Source of the DNA: Pseudomonadota bacterium | GTDB lineage: Bacteria > Pseudomonadota > Alphaproteobacteria > Rhizobiales > CBDHHC01 | Reading direction: 5' to 3' | Assembly (NCBI GenBank): GCA_039033475.1 | Contig: JBCCCO010000001.1 | Span: 23,874 to 87,873 of the forward strand | DNA length: 64,000 nt | Part shown: positions 53,548 through 62,421 of the stretch, one piece after another | How positions within the stretch are numbered: position 1 is the stretch's first letter | Layout: every line of letters begins with the position of its first letter | Position numbers and translations under genes: made by a program | Notes under the pieces: generated by a model | What the model was told of the DNA's origin: nothing | Databases searched by the model: none | The model's input: only the letters and a program-made list of their open reading frames with translations

Positions 53548-53754
53548 ATGGCTACAGGGACTGTTAAATGGTATAATTCAACAAAAGGATATGGTTTTAT
53601 TGAACCAGATGATGGCACAAAGGATGTTTTTGTGCACATTTCTGCGTTGGAACGTGCTGGCATTAATAACCTCAACGAAGGTCAAAAGCTATCATATGAA
53701 ATTACAACGAACAGAGATAAGCAAGCTGCTGCTGATATCAAATTGATTGATTAA
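53548..53754 (+). CDS. cspA: cold-shock protein (CspA family)
   Basis: It has [23 protein letters not shown]...VFVHISA (RNP1/RNP2 motifs). A long ~300-nt upstream untranslated region precedes it. Confidence 0.95.
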   Translation: MATGTVKWYNSTKGYGFIEPDDGTKDVFVHISALERAGINNLNEGQKLSYEITTNRDKQAAADIKLID

Positions 53755-53793
53755 TCAATACCTTCTCTGTTCTCAAATTTTAGAACATGCTTT

Positions 53794-53828
53794 AGCCAAT
53801 CTCAAATGCTTAATTGTAGAGATTGGCT
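53794..53828. terminator. possible bidirectional terminator hairpin between convergent cspA and the methyltransferase gene
   Basis: The 10-bp stem agccaatctc/gagattggct has a 15-nt loop. There is no clear U-tract on either strand. Confidence 0.3.
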
Positions 53829-53849
53829 ATCAAACGATTGAAATCAATA

Positions 53850-54605
53850 TTACTTTTCGTGTGTTTTAAAAGCTGTCTTTGCACCTGCAAGTGATGATGC
53901 GGGTAGCGGCCCGAGACCTGAAATAATTTTAATACCTGTTTTGGGTAATGGGGCGTAGATCTCTTTTTTCGCCTCAACCATGAGCAAGCCAGAAAAAGCA
54001 GGGCTGCACAATTTACCAAACTTCTCCCAGGCCTCTATCGAAGCCAAGTTTAGCTTGATATCGAATGGCGGCATATAAAGGATATGATGCCATTTTTGCA
54101 CTGAGAATCTGGCGTGATATAACCTCCGGCCTAATTGCCTACGACTAAAAGGTTGACCATATCCAAATGGCGTCTTGTCAAAGCGCGCCCACAAGCCATG
54201 TCGATTCGGAGCAATTACAATAATATGCCCGTCGGGCACTAAAATACGCCACACTTCTTGTAGTAAATGGTTTGCGGATTCGCTCATCTCCAGGGAATGG
54301 ACAATAATACATCTATCAATAGAACTGCTGGCCAAGGGCAAGGTTTGCTCCTCAACCAAGGCGCTTTGGTAAGGCCCTTTGGCAGGCCAAAGTATCACAC
54401 CTTGAGATGCAGGCATAAGCGCTCCAAGACGCAATGCTTCCCCCCGAAATGCGCCTAAAAAGGGAGCTGCAAATCCAACTCCAAAAATATTTAAGCCTGT
54501 GACATCACTCCACTGCTGACGCAATTTTTTGCGCAGAAGACTTCTGGTTGCAATGCCGAGTGGACTTAAATAAAAATCACGTAATTCCGTAACATCAATA
54601 TGCAT
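53850..54605 (-). CDS. class I SAM-dependent methyltransferase (conserved alphaproteobacterial family)
   Basis: A 251 aa protein with a glycine-rich SAM-binding loop (IFGVGFAAPFLG) and a downstream acidic motif (IIVHSLE). The family assignment is made by eye. Confidence 0.65.
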   Translation of the reverse strand: MHIDVTELRDFYLSPLGIATRSLLRKKLRQQWSDVTGLNIFGVGFAAPFLGAFRGEALRLGALMPASQGVILWPAKGPYQSALVEEQTLPLASSSIDRCIIVHSLEMSESANHLLQEVWRILVPDGHIIVIAPNRHGLWARFDKTPFGYGQPFSRRQLGRRLYHARFSVQKWHHILYMPPFDIKLNLASIEAWEKFGKLCSPAFSGLLMVEAKKEIYAPLPKTGIKIISGLGPLPASSLAGAKTAFKTHEK

Positions 54606-54708
54606 TATAAGCCCAAGTTATAGCTGATCTAATATCCACCATCAGAGGCAGCCCGTCCTTCTTCAGGTAGGTATTTCAGTGTGGATATAAAACACATAAC
54701 TCCAAACT

Positions 54709-54756
54709 CCAAAAAAATAAAGTTTACCAGCGTGACTGGTAAACTTCATTTTTTCG
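54709..54756. terminator. strong bidirectional intrinsic terminator
   Basis: The 11-bp perfect stem aagtttaccag/ctggtaaactt has a 5-nt loop. It is flanked by an A-run (aaaaaaataa) upstream and a T-run (cattttttc) downstream. Confidence 0.7.
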
Positions 54757-54780
54757 GAGTTTAAGATCATGTAATATAAT

Positions 54781-55090
54781 TGTGTATAAGTCCCGACCAG
54801 ATTAGACGGTGTTTGTCAGTTTAAATTTAGTTTAGATATTTTTCCTTTGCAGCTTGTTTTCCGTCAATGAGAGTGAGTAATGGTATTATTCCATTACAGT
54901 GTTTCCCCTTATTGGCTCTTTCATTATTGTAATTGTTGATCCATTCGTCCAGATCTTTTTGCAGCTCTTCCGAGGGCCTGGTTTGCCTCGTTCAAAAGGG
55001 TGTTCTTTCTGGGACCAGCGAAAAACGGTGGAAATACCAATGTGCTGCCTAGCTGCAACTGTCTTCTATAAAGCGTATTACACGCTCTCT
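54781..55090 (-). mobile_element. degenerate remnant of an IS481-like transposase (3' end) with a putative terminal inverted repeat
   Basis: Minus-strand translation of about 54827-54975 gives EELQKDLDEWINNYNNERANKGKHCNGIIPLLTLIDGKQAAKEKYLN*. This is the typical IS481-family DDE integrase C-terminus (ELQxDLDxWxxxYNxERxHxG). Upstream frames are broken by stops and frameshifts. The sequence TGTGTATAAGTCCCGACC at 54781 looks like the IS end. Confidence 0.65.
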
Positions 55091-55198
55091 CATATCTGAC
55101 CTGTGTGCCATGAAAAAAGCTGTAAACCAGGTAGTTTTCTTTTGTGAATAGCTATAATCTGACGAAGTTTTTGGCGGCGAGGTTGAAGTCGATGAGCG

Positions 55199-55690
55199 TT
55201 ATTTTGGCGGGCGCAGGAAAGGTACTCTAAGACGATCCAGTGCCCCTTGTAAAATATATGCAGCGGCCATTTTATCAATCACCTCTGCGCGGCGTTTTCG
55301 TGAACGATCAGCATCAAGCAACACACGTTCAGCAGCAATAGTTGACAACCGTTCATCCCATAAAACAATTGGAATTTTTGTGATCTCAGACAAATTGCGT
55401 AAAAAAGCTCTGGTCGACTGCGCTCGCGGGCCATCACTACCATCCATGTTCATGGGATAGCCGAGAATAAAACCGCCAATATTATGCTCTTCCACAATAT
55501 CTAGAAGTTGTTCAGCATTTTTCTGAAGTTTGGTTCTCTTCAAAGTCTCCATAGGGGTTGCAATAGTTCTGTTCACATCAGATAAGGCAAGACCTATAGT
55601 TTTGGTACCCAGATCAAGCCCTAAAAGACGTTGATGAGCTTGTAATATTTCAGACAACTGCTCTAATGATGTATCTTCATTTCGTTTCAT
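55199..55690 (-). CDS. ruvX: Holliday junction resolvase-like protein RuvX (YqgF)
   Basis: It has LLGLDLGTKTIGLALSD, DERLST and AAYILQGALD. The start is probably ATG 55690. Confidence 0.88.
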   Translation of the reverse strand: MKRNEDTSLEQLSEILQAHQRLLGLDLGTKTIGLALSDVNRTIATPMETLKRTKLQKNAEQLLDIVEEHNIGGFILGYPMNMDGSDGPRAQSTRAFLRNLSEITKIPIVLWDERLSTIAAERVLLDADRSRKRRAEVIDKMAAAYILQGALDRLRVPFLRPPK

Positions 55691-55784
55691 AATAAAATAA
55701 CAGAAAATTATAATATATATGCGCAACTCTTATATGCAAAAGATAGAACCTATTGATTATTAGCATATGCAAAACGCTATATGA

Positions 55785-57104
55785 CTATTCTTTTTCAGAA
55801 TACGATGTTTTGCTCAAAATATTAGGAGCGTTAAGTTGTAACTGGTTCGTAATTTTCACTTTCACCCCTTCTCCTACTATAGAAAGCCGCGTTAATAATA
55901 CAAAATGACCTTCCGGCAAATCGCCTTGAACGAGAATATCATTTTGTGCTGTACCGACAACCTCAACTTGCCTTTTAAGCAATCGGTCATCTTCAATGAT
56001 ATAAACAAAATTTCTCTCAAACAATGACGTTTGTGGCAAGCGCGCAACATTGGTATACTTTCGGTCAGGAAAAATAATTTCTACAAAAGCTCCGGATTTA
56101 ACCGGTGCAATTTGCTCATGCTGTAGGATACGCGCAAACAATTGAACCCCTCCACTGTCAGATGTAATTTGTGGGTTTACGCGTTCTACGCGCGCTTTGT
56201 AAACCAGTGGAGATGCCCCAACTCGCCAATTTACAGCAACCTCACGGTCAATCATATTTTCATCTGAGGCTAAGATGCGCCCATATTGCGCATCCGAGAG
56301 AGTGAATTTCACATCTGTCCAGTTTTTATCAAACAAAGTGGCAACATTATCATTAGCACTGACTATACGTCCAACTTGTGCTGTTACTCCACTTACATAA
56401 GCCTCAAATGGCGCAACAAGTTTTGTATCTTTTAAATTTCGTTTGGCTTGGCGAACGCTCCATTCCCACCTTACAATGATAGCGCGTTGCTGCCCAGACT
56501 TTGCTAATTGAACATCATAGCCATTTTTACGTTTCACAATATTTTGCGTGCGCTGTACAACAAGCAGTCTGCGCTCATCCAAAGCCCGCTTTGTCACGGT
56601 ACCATCTTTGGCGAGTGCTTCTGCGCGTTGCAAATCACGCCTTCCAATCTCAAGTTGTTCTTGCTCAAACTCAAGTGCATTTTTCTCAAATTCCAAAGCA
56701 GCCAGAATTTCAGCTAATTTTGCCTTGGCCTCACTCAATTTTGCTTTGGCATCAGTCAGTGCACCTTGATATTCAAAACCATCAATTTGCAGTAAGATTT
56801 CATCTTTTTTAACGATGCCGCCAGAACGAAAATTTTCACTTACATTAATGATTTTACCTGTAACAAGAGCCCGTAAATCCACTTGCCGCCCGGCAATAAC
56901 CTCACCATAAAGCTTAATATGCGGTTGATGGTCCTGATAAGAGATTTTGGCGGCACGAACTGGCCACACTTTTTCCACCCCCTCTTTGCTCGCAATTTTA
57001 GGCTTTGAGCTTTTCAAATAGCCATAAATTTGAAGGGCTGCAAACAATACTGCTATAGGAATAATGGTTTTTAGAATAAGCCGCGTATAAGAGATATTAT
57101 TCAT
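55785..57104 (-). CDS. efflux transporter periplasmic adaptor (MFP/HlyD_D23 family), orphan
   Basis: It has an N-terminal TM helix, a lipoyl-like hairpin (VTGKIINV...VKKDEILLQID), a long alpha-hairpin and beta-barrel/MP domains. No pump gene is adjacent. Confidence 0.82.
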   Translation of the reverse strand: MNNISYTRLILKTIIPIAVLFAALQIYGYLKSSKPKIASKEGVEKVWPVRAAKISYQDHQPHIKLYGEVIAGRQVDLRALVTGKIINVSENFRSGGIVKKDEILLQIDGFEYQGALTDAKAKLSEAKAKLAEILAALEFEKNALEFEQEQLEIGRRDLQRAEALAKDGTVTKRALDERRLLVVQRTQNIVKRKNGYDVQLAKSGQQRAIIVRWEWSVRQAKRNLKDTKLVAPFEAYVSGVTAQVGRIVSANDNVATLFDKNWTDVKFTLSDAQYGRILASDENMIDREVAVNWRVGASPLVYKARVERVNPQITSDSGGVQLFARILQHEQIAPVKSGAFVEIIFPDRKYTNVARLPQTSLFERNFVYIIEDDRLLKRQVEVVGTAQNDILVQGDLPEGHFVLLTRLSIVGEGVKVKITNQLQLNAPNILSKTSYSEKE

Positions 57105-57339
57105 GTTAAGCGCATTTTCTCTAGATATAGATGAATTCCTGTTTATCCATTATGATATGAGTGTTCAAAATATTAAATCAATACATCTAGGCCCAAGACC
57201 TATAAATAGACATTATAAAGAGTTTACCTTTATTGTGTGTTACATTCTGATATATCAGCTCGCTCAATCGGGGCCAAATGTGGGCAATACGCCCAGTTTT
57301 GATTTGAATGTTTTTTGTTCGCTGTTTGTTATTCTTTCT

Positions 57340-57763
57340 AACTCGTTTGATGGCCTGGTTCTATCAAATTTTTCAGATTAAACCTAGATCAATCCACATA
57401 ATGATACGTTCTATATGACGCGATTTACGCGCCCTGAATTCACATCTCTGTGCACGATTACAAATCAACCTGATTTTATATACTTGGTCATCGATTATGT
57501 GCCACAAGATTGGCTGGTAGAATCGAAATCACTCAAACTATATTTATCATCATTTTGCAACCACGGTGCTTTTCATGAAGACTGCACGGTGTCCATTGGT
57601 AAGCACTTGGCACATTTGATTGAGCCACATTGGCTACGCACCGGTGGGTATTGTTACCCGAGGGGAGGGATCCCCATTGATGTATTTTTTAAATCAATGG
57701 GGCAAAGCTCCAGAAGGTGTCTGGATTACAGAACAAAATGTCCCATCCTACCGAGGAAGGTAG
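57340..57763 (+). pseudogene. queF: NADPH-dependent 7-cyano-7-deazaguanine reductase, pseudogene
   Basis: The core [15 protein letters not shown]...[10 protein letters not shown]...[11 protein letters not shown] is clearly QueF. Two in-frame stops (TAA 57379, TAG 57385) interrupt the N-terminal region. The canonical C-terminus [21 protein letters not shown] is in the +1 frame after a T6 run at 57685-57690. Confidence 0.7.
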
Positions 57764-57799
57764 GATGGTCGCAAATAATGATTTCAGATTGTTTTTTGA

Positions 57800-58264
57800 C
57801 TATTGTTTAGGCATAGTTGGGGCAATTGCCTGGCCTGTTGATTTAGGTATTATATCGGAAGCTTGCACCTCATGCTGTACACTACTAAAATAAGCAGTCG
57901 AGACTATACCACCTTTGGGCAACTTAATGTTTTCAAAACCACGAAATGTGTTGCCCTGCCAAGTAACTGTTGTGTTAGGTTTTAAAGTGATAGTGTAATT
58001 TCCAACACTTTTTACATCTGCGGCACTGATACCAAGATATGATAAGCCGCCCCCAGTCCAACGAGTAACTTGACTAAAATCTATCCAATCAACACCTGAA
58101 CCGCCATTGAAATAAGCATTTTTTGTATCAGAACTTACTATTACTCTATCGTTGCCTCCAAAAGTAGCAACAGATTTTGTAGAAGATGATGTTTTTACGG
58201 TATCATTTCCTGATGTTCCAAAATACCATCCGTCTTTAGGAGTATTATCTATTCCATTTGCCAT
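57800..58264 (-). CDS. small RTX-like (GGxGxDxUx) repeat protein, candidate T1SS substrate
   Basis: A 154 aa protein with no signal peptide. It has one perfect nonapeptide (GGSGVDWID) and two degenerate ones ([17 protein letters not shown]). It lies directly downstream of the T1SS genes on the same strand. Confidence 0.55.
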   Translation of the reverse strand: MANGIDNTPKDGWYFGTSGNDTVKTSSSTKSVATFGGNDRVIVSSDTKNAYFNGGSGVDWIDFSQVTRWTGGGLSYLGISAADVKSVGNYTITLKPNTTVTWQGNTFRGFENIKLPKGGIVSTAYFSSVQHEVQASDIIPKSTGQAIAPTMPKQ

Positions 58265-58470
58265 TCTTATTTCCTTTATAACTGTTTTACTTCACGTTGT
58301 TCTTTATTAAAAAAGAAAGATAATTCAATCAAAAACCCCCAATAATTAACATAGAACAATAATAACATCATAATAAACTTTGTCACTTTTTTGATCTCTA
58401 CTTTATATTTATTTTGTAACATTCTCATTTTATACTTAATTCAACCACTGTTATACATTAGGAAGTTGCA

Positions 58471-59718
58471 CTATTCTTCACGTAGCGCCCGTGACAGCTG
58501 GTCTGTGAAGGGTTTCATCAAATAACTTAACACGGTTCTGCTGTCTGTTTGAATGTATGCTTCGGCAGGCATGCCCGGCACCAGCTCTTTTCCTTTAAGG
58601 CGCTCGATTTCTCCCTCATTAAGCCCAATGCGTACCGTATAGAAAAATGCCTGGGCTTGTTCATCTTTAACCAAATCAGGAGAGACATTAATGACTGTTG
58701 CGTTTAGTTCTGGTGTGGTTCTTTGGTTAAAGCTTGGTAATTTCACTTTAACGCTTTGGCCTGTGTTAACCTGATCAATATCAGTTGGATTTATATTGGC
58801 CTCAAACACAAGTTTGGCATCTGAAGGCACAATTTGCAAAATTTCCTGCCCTGGGGCGACCACGCCACCAATGGTATGAACTGCAAGTTTGTGTATACGC
58901 CCAGAGAGAGGAGCCCGCACTTCCAGGCGGCTCTTATCTGTCGAAAATCGAGAAATATCAGAGGTTAAGCGGCCATACTCTCCCTCTAGCTCGGCAAGCT
59001 GACGCTCTTGATTGACAACACGGTTTCTTGGCACAAGGCCTTTCTGTGCCAAAGCTTTTAAGTCTTCAAGCTCACTTCTTAGCAAGATCAGCTGTTGTTC
59101 TTTGGCATTGGCCTGAGAGGACAGACCTGTGAGTTGGTCCTCTACACGCTTTTTGTCCAGTCTCACCAAAACCTCGCCTTCACTGACACCTTGGCCATCT
59201 TTGACTGAAATCTCACGAACTATGCCCCCTTCAAGGTGCTGCACTGATTTGATATTTGATTCAACGACAACTTTACCGCTTGCTATCACAGCTCCACTAA
59301 TCTGATAGAATGTTGCCCATCCTCCAATTCCAATCACCAGGACCAACAGAAGCATTTTTGCTCGTGCCATATAATGATCAATTTGGTTATCTTCATCTGT
59401 CACAGATTGTGGCACGCTGTTGCCCTGACCGTGATGGCCAGGAACAAGTTGGCGAGAAGGATGAGCGGGCTGAGGAATTGCCCTCGTGGTTGTGTGTGGA
59501 CCATAAGGCTGTGGCATTGCCGGTTGGGGGGGATAGAACGGTTGTTGTACCATTGGAGCATGCGGCATCATCGGCACGGGCATAGATGTATGCATGGCAG
59601 AATATGGGTTATGAGGCTGATGCATTGGCCCCATATGTTGCTGTTGCTGGTGTTGATACTGCATCGGAGACTGTCTCATAGCTGGATTATTCCAGTTAGG
59701 CCCTACTTTTGTTTCCAC
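58471..59718 (-). CDS. type I secretion membrane fusion protein (HlyD family) with a P/M/Q/H-rich N-terminal extension
   Basis: The core ISGAVIASGKVVVESNIKSVQHLEGGIVREISVKDG matches T1SS HlyD-family adaptors. GTG 59718 is preceded by caggggg (SD) and overlaps the ABC gene stop by 16 nt. Confidence 0.88.
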   Translation of the reverse strand: METKVGPNWNNPAMRQSPMQYQHQQQQHMGPMHQPHNPYSAMHTSMPVPMMPHAPMVQQPFYPPQPAMPQPYGPHTTTRAIPQPAHPSRQLVPGHHGQGNSVPQSVTDEDNQIDHYMARAKMLLLVLVIGIGGWATFYQISGAVIASGKVVVESNIKSVQHLEGGIVREISVKDGQGVSEGEVLVRLDKKRVEDQLTGLSSQANAKEQQLILLRSELEDLKALAQKGLVPRNRVVNQERQLAELEGEYGRLTSDISRFSTDKSRLEVRAPLSGRIHKLAVHTIGGVVAPGQEILQIVPSDAKLVFEANINPTDIDQVNTGQSVKVKLPSFNQRTTPELNATVINVSPDLVKDEQAQAFFYTVRIGLNEGEIERLKGKELVPGMPAEAYIQTDSRTVLSYLMKPFTDQLSRALREE

Positions 59719-62381
59719 TTGAGACCCCCTGTTTTATTCTGACTGATCGCTCCTGGTTTACTTTCATTTATCAGTTTTGGTTTTGTCTTAGTTAATGGCA
59801 CTTTTTTGGGTTTTAAAATTTTATCTTTCGGACCAAAGGCATCCTGCCTGCCGTCCGTAAGCACCATAATCTTATTTACATTTTCCAAAACATTAGGCCG
59901 ATGCGCCATAATAATAAATGTCCGCTGCATGCGCCGCATTGCTAAGATTGCATGACCTAGCGCTTCTTCACCGCTTTTGTCCAAATTGGAATTAGGCTCA
60001 TCCAGAACAATTAAAGCAGGCGCACCATAGAGCGCACGGGCAAGCGCTATGCGTTGTCTTTGACCGCCAGACAGCGCGAGCCCACTTTCCCCAACTCTTG
60101 TGTTATAGCCCTCTGGCAATGACGCAATCAGTTCATGCACATTTGCATAGCGCGCTGCTTCTATAATTGCTTGTGGTGTTGCGTTAGACGTAAAACGTGA
60201 AATGTTTTCGGCAACAGTTCCATTGAACAGCTCAGCATTTTGCGGCAAATATCCAACATGTTTGCCAAGTTGCTCTGGCGGCCAGTTTTCGAGAGCTGAT
60301 GAATCAAGGCGGACACTGCCCCGCAACGTCGGACATACCCCAACTAAAACCTTCGCTAAAGTAGATTTACCAGATCCGCTTTGACCAAGCACGCCCAGAG
60401 CATCGCCTGGTTCCAGATGAAAATTTAATCCCTTAAGAATCGGCATTTTTGTACCAACTGGCGCCGCAAACATATTCTCTACAACGAGATATCCACGCGG
60501 CGTTGGCAATTGAATACGATTTTGTTCCGGTGGAGGGTTCTTGAATTCACGCTGCAACCTGCCCATACTTTGTCGTGTGGCGACAAAATTGCGCCACTGT
60601 CCCACGGCCTGCTCAATAGGGGCAAGACCACGTGACATGATAATACTGCCTGCAATCATCGCACCAGGTGACATTTCACCTTGCAAAACAAAATAGGCCC
60701 CAGCAGCTAACATAGCTGACTGAAGAAACAATCTTAACACTTTAGTTATAACGGAAAATGACCCTGAAATATCAGCTGCAACAGTGTTGCTCGTTAAACC
60801 GGCATGATGTTTGTTGAGCCAACGGTCACGAAACGCATTTGCCATTCCCATGGCTTGTAGAATTTCACTGTTACGCCGACCAGATTCATAAACAGAGTCA
60901 CTTTCATGATTTTCACGTGTTGCTTTTGCCACTGGCTCTTGTGACATAAATTCATTCACCAAAGCCAATATAACAAGTATAATTGCACCTACAACAGCCA
61001 AAAAGCCAAGCGCCCAGTGCAACAGAAAAACTATTAGAAAGTAAAACGGGGCCCATGGCATATCAAAAATTGAAGCCATTGCAGGGCTACCAACAAAACT
61101 GCGCACTTGACGCAAGTCTTTTAATAATTGTGTCTGCTGGCCACCTTCAGCCGGACCTCTAACACCAACTGCACGGTCAAAAACTTGCTTGCTTAATAAC
61201 TTGTCAACACGCACCCCAACCCTTACCAGCACACGAGAACGAATAATATCCAGCAGTCCCATAAAGATAAAAAGTGCAATCACCAAAGTGAATAAGGCTG
61301 TTAGCGTCGGAACACTTCCACTTGTTAAAACACGGTCATAGACTTGCAACATGAATAGTGGACCCGTTAACATTAGAATGTTTGAAAACATACTAATGAC
61401 CAATGCACCACCTAAAGCATCGCGGCATTTGTCCCAAACATCATCATATGAATGTTGGTCTGTTTGCGCATTACTTCCAGGATGTGATGCTTTTTGAAGA
61501 GAACGCTTTTTTCGTTTTGGGTCAAAAGATTGCAAGATCCGAGGCCATTTTTGATTCAACATATTTGCAAAATGGCTCCCGGCAGGGCGCTGATTATAAT
61601 TATTTTGTGGCACAAGCCCTCGACTAAGAGCAAAATTATTCTGGCCACGAGATGGTTGCATATGAGGATATTGCTGAGGCGCATATGGTGTCATTGCTTT
61701 GTTAAAGTGTTGCACAGATGGCTGTGCAAAAAATGAATGCGCTCTGATACCTTGGTTGTGAGCTTGCTTAACATTTAGTGCCTTATGATTATGATATCCT
61801 CCATGGGCGTTGCCTTTGTGCTTGCCTGGTTGTAAAGTCAGTGTCAGTGTTGTGGCAAATATTCCCCACACCGCAATCAAAGCTGTATACATCGTAACTG
61901 TTGGAAGTTTTTGGACATATTCTATGTAGTTATAAAATGCCAACAGTGCGATCCAGCACGATATAAAGACCAGAATTGATACTGCAAACGGTACTATTTG
62001 ATGATCTGCCAGGCGAGCATTGTGCCCCCAATGCATGACAGATGATTGAAAGCGGCGCAGCTGCACGGCGTTAATATACAAAATAATAGCAAAACTGGCC
62101 GTTAACCCAATTTCTGATGCGAAAACTTTAAATGATAAAGACCCAGCTATAAACGCAGAAATACAAAAGAATATGCAGAGCAATCCCACAAATATAATAC
62201 GGTCAAGATAGGCAACAGTTGAGCGCAAAGACAAAAGGGCTCTGTTGCCTGATGTCACGAGGGTAATGGTGTAGACATTTACAAGCAATGTACTTATTAA
62301 TACAGCCACGAGTGCAGGCCAATATAAATAGCCCAAGAAAGTGAACAGCTCGACTGAATTTAAAGGCGTATTGTGTTCCAT
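59703..62381 (-). CDS. type I secretion system permease/ATPase (PrtD-type ABC exporter) with a novel N-terminal membrane extension
   Basis: The C-terminal ~580 aa form a canonical T1SS ABC: FMLQVYDRVLTSGS, Walker A GQSGSGKST, signature LSGGQRQRIALARAL and Walker B LIVLDEPNSNLD. The N-terminal ~315 aa have about 5 hydrophobic helices and a low-complexity linker. The start is GTG 62396 or ATG 62381. Confidence 0.9.
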   Translation of the reverse strand: MEHNTPLNSVELFTFLGYLYWPALVAVLISTLLVNVYTITLVTSGNRALLSLRSTVAYLDRIIFVGLLCIFFCISAFIAGSLSFKVFASEIGLTASFAIILYINAVQLRRFQSSVMHWGHNARLADHQIVPFAVSILVFISCWIALLAFYNYIEYVQKLPTVTMYTALIAVWGIFATTLTLTLQPGKHKGNAHGGYHNHKALNVKQAHNQGIRAHSFFAQPSVQHFNKAMTPYAPQQYPHMQPSRGQNNFALSRGLVPQNNYNQRPAGSHFANMLNQKWPRILQSFDPKRKKRSLQKASHPGSNAQTDQHSYDDVWDKCRDALGGALVISMFSNILMLTGPLFMLQVYDRVLTSGSVPTLTALFTLVIALFIFMGLLDIIRSRVLVRVGVRVDKLLSKQVFDRAVGVRGPAEGGQQTQLLKDLRQVRSFVGSPAMASIFDMPWAPFYFLIVFLLHWALGFLAVVGAIILVILALVNEFMSQEPVAKATRENHESDSVYESGRRNSEILQAMGMANAFRDRWLNKHHAGLTSNTVAADISGSFSVITKVLRLFLQSAMLAAGAYFVLQGEMSPGAMIAGSIIMSRGLAPIEQAVGQWRNFVATRQSMGRLQREFKNPPPEQNRIQLPTPRGYLVVENMFAAPVGTKMPILKGLNFHLEPGDALGVLGQSGSGKSTLAKVLVGVCPTLRGSVRLDSSALENWPPEQLGKHVGYLPQNAELFNGTVAENISRFTSNATPQAIIEAARYANVHELIASLPEGYNTRVGESGLALSGGQRQRIALARALYGAPALIVLDEPNSNLDKSGEEALGHAILAMRRMQRTFIIMAHRPNVLENVNKIMVLTDGRQDAFGPKDKILKPKKVPLTKTKPKLINESKPGAISQNKTGGLKWKQK

Positions 62382-62421
62382 ACACGTATCGCACACATAT
62401 TGTTTTCAATGAATATAGGCA

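Noticed and set aside
53325-53675. A 116-aa minus-strand ORF overlapping cspA
   Set aside because: It is antisense to the unambiguous cspA CDS and its long 5' UTR, and its sequence is AT-rich and low-information.
55165-55225. An apparent direct repeat (tttttggcggcgaggttgaag versus attttggcgggcgcaggaaagg) at the ruvX / IS-remnant junction, possibly a duplication of the ruvX 3' end
   Set aside because: It is too short and degenerate (about 15 of 21 positions, with gaps) to distinguish from chance. No clear target-site duplication can be defined.
57103-57381. A 92-aa plus-strand ORF upstream of queF
   Set aside because: It is in the same frame as queF and separated from it only by two stop codons. 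It is best read as the decayed 5' region and leader of the queF pseudogene, not an independent gene.
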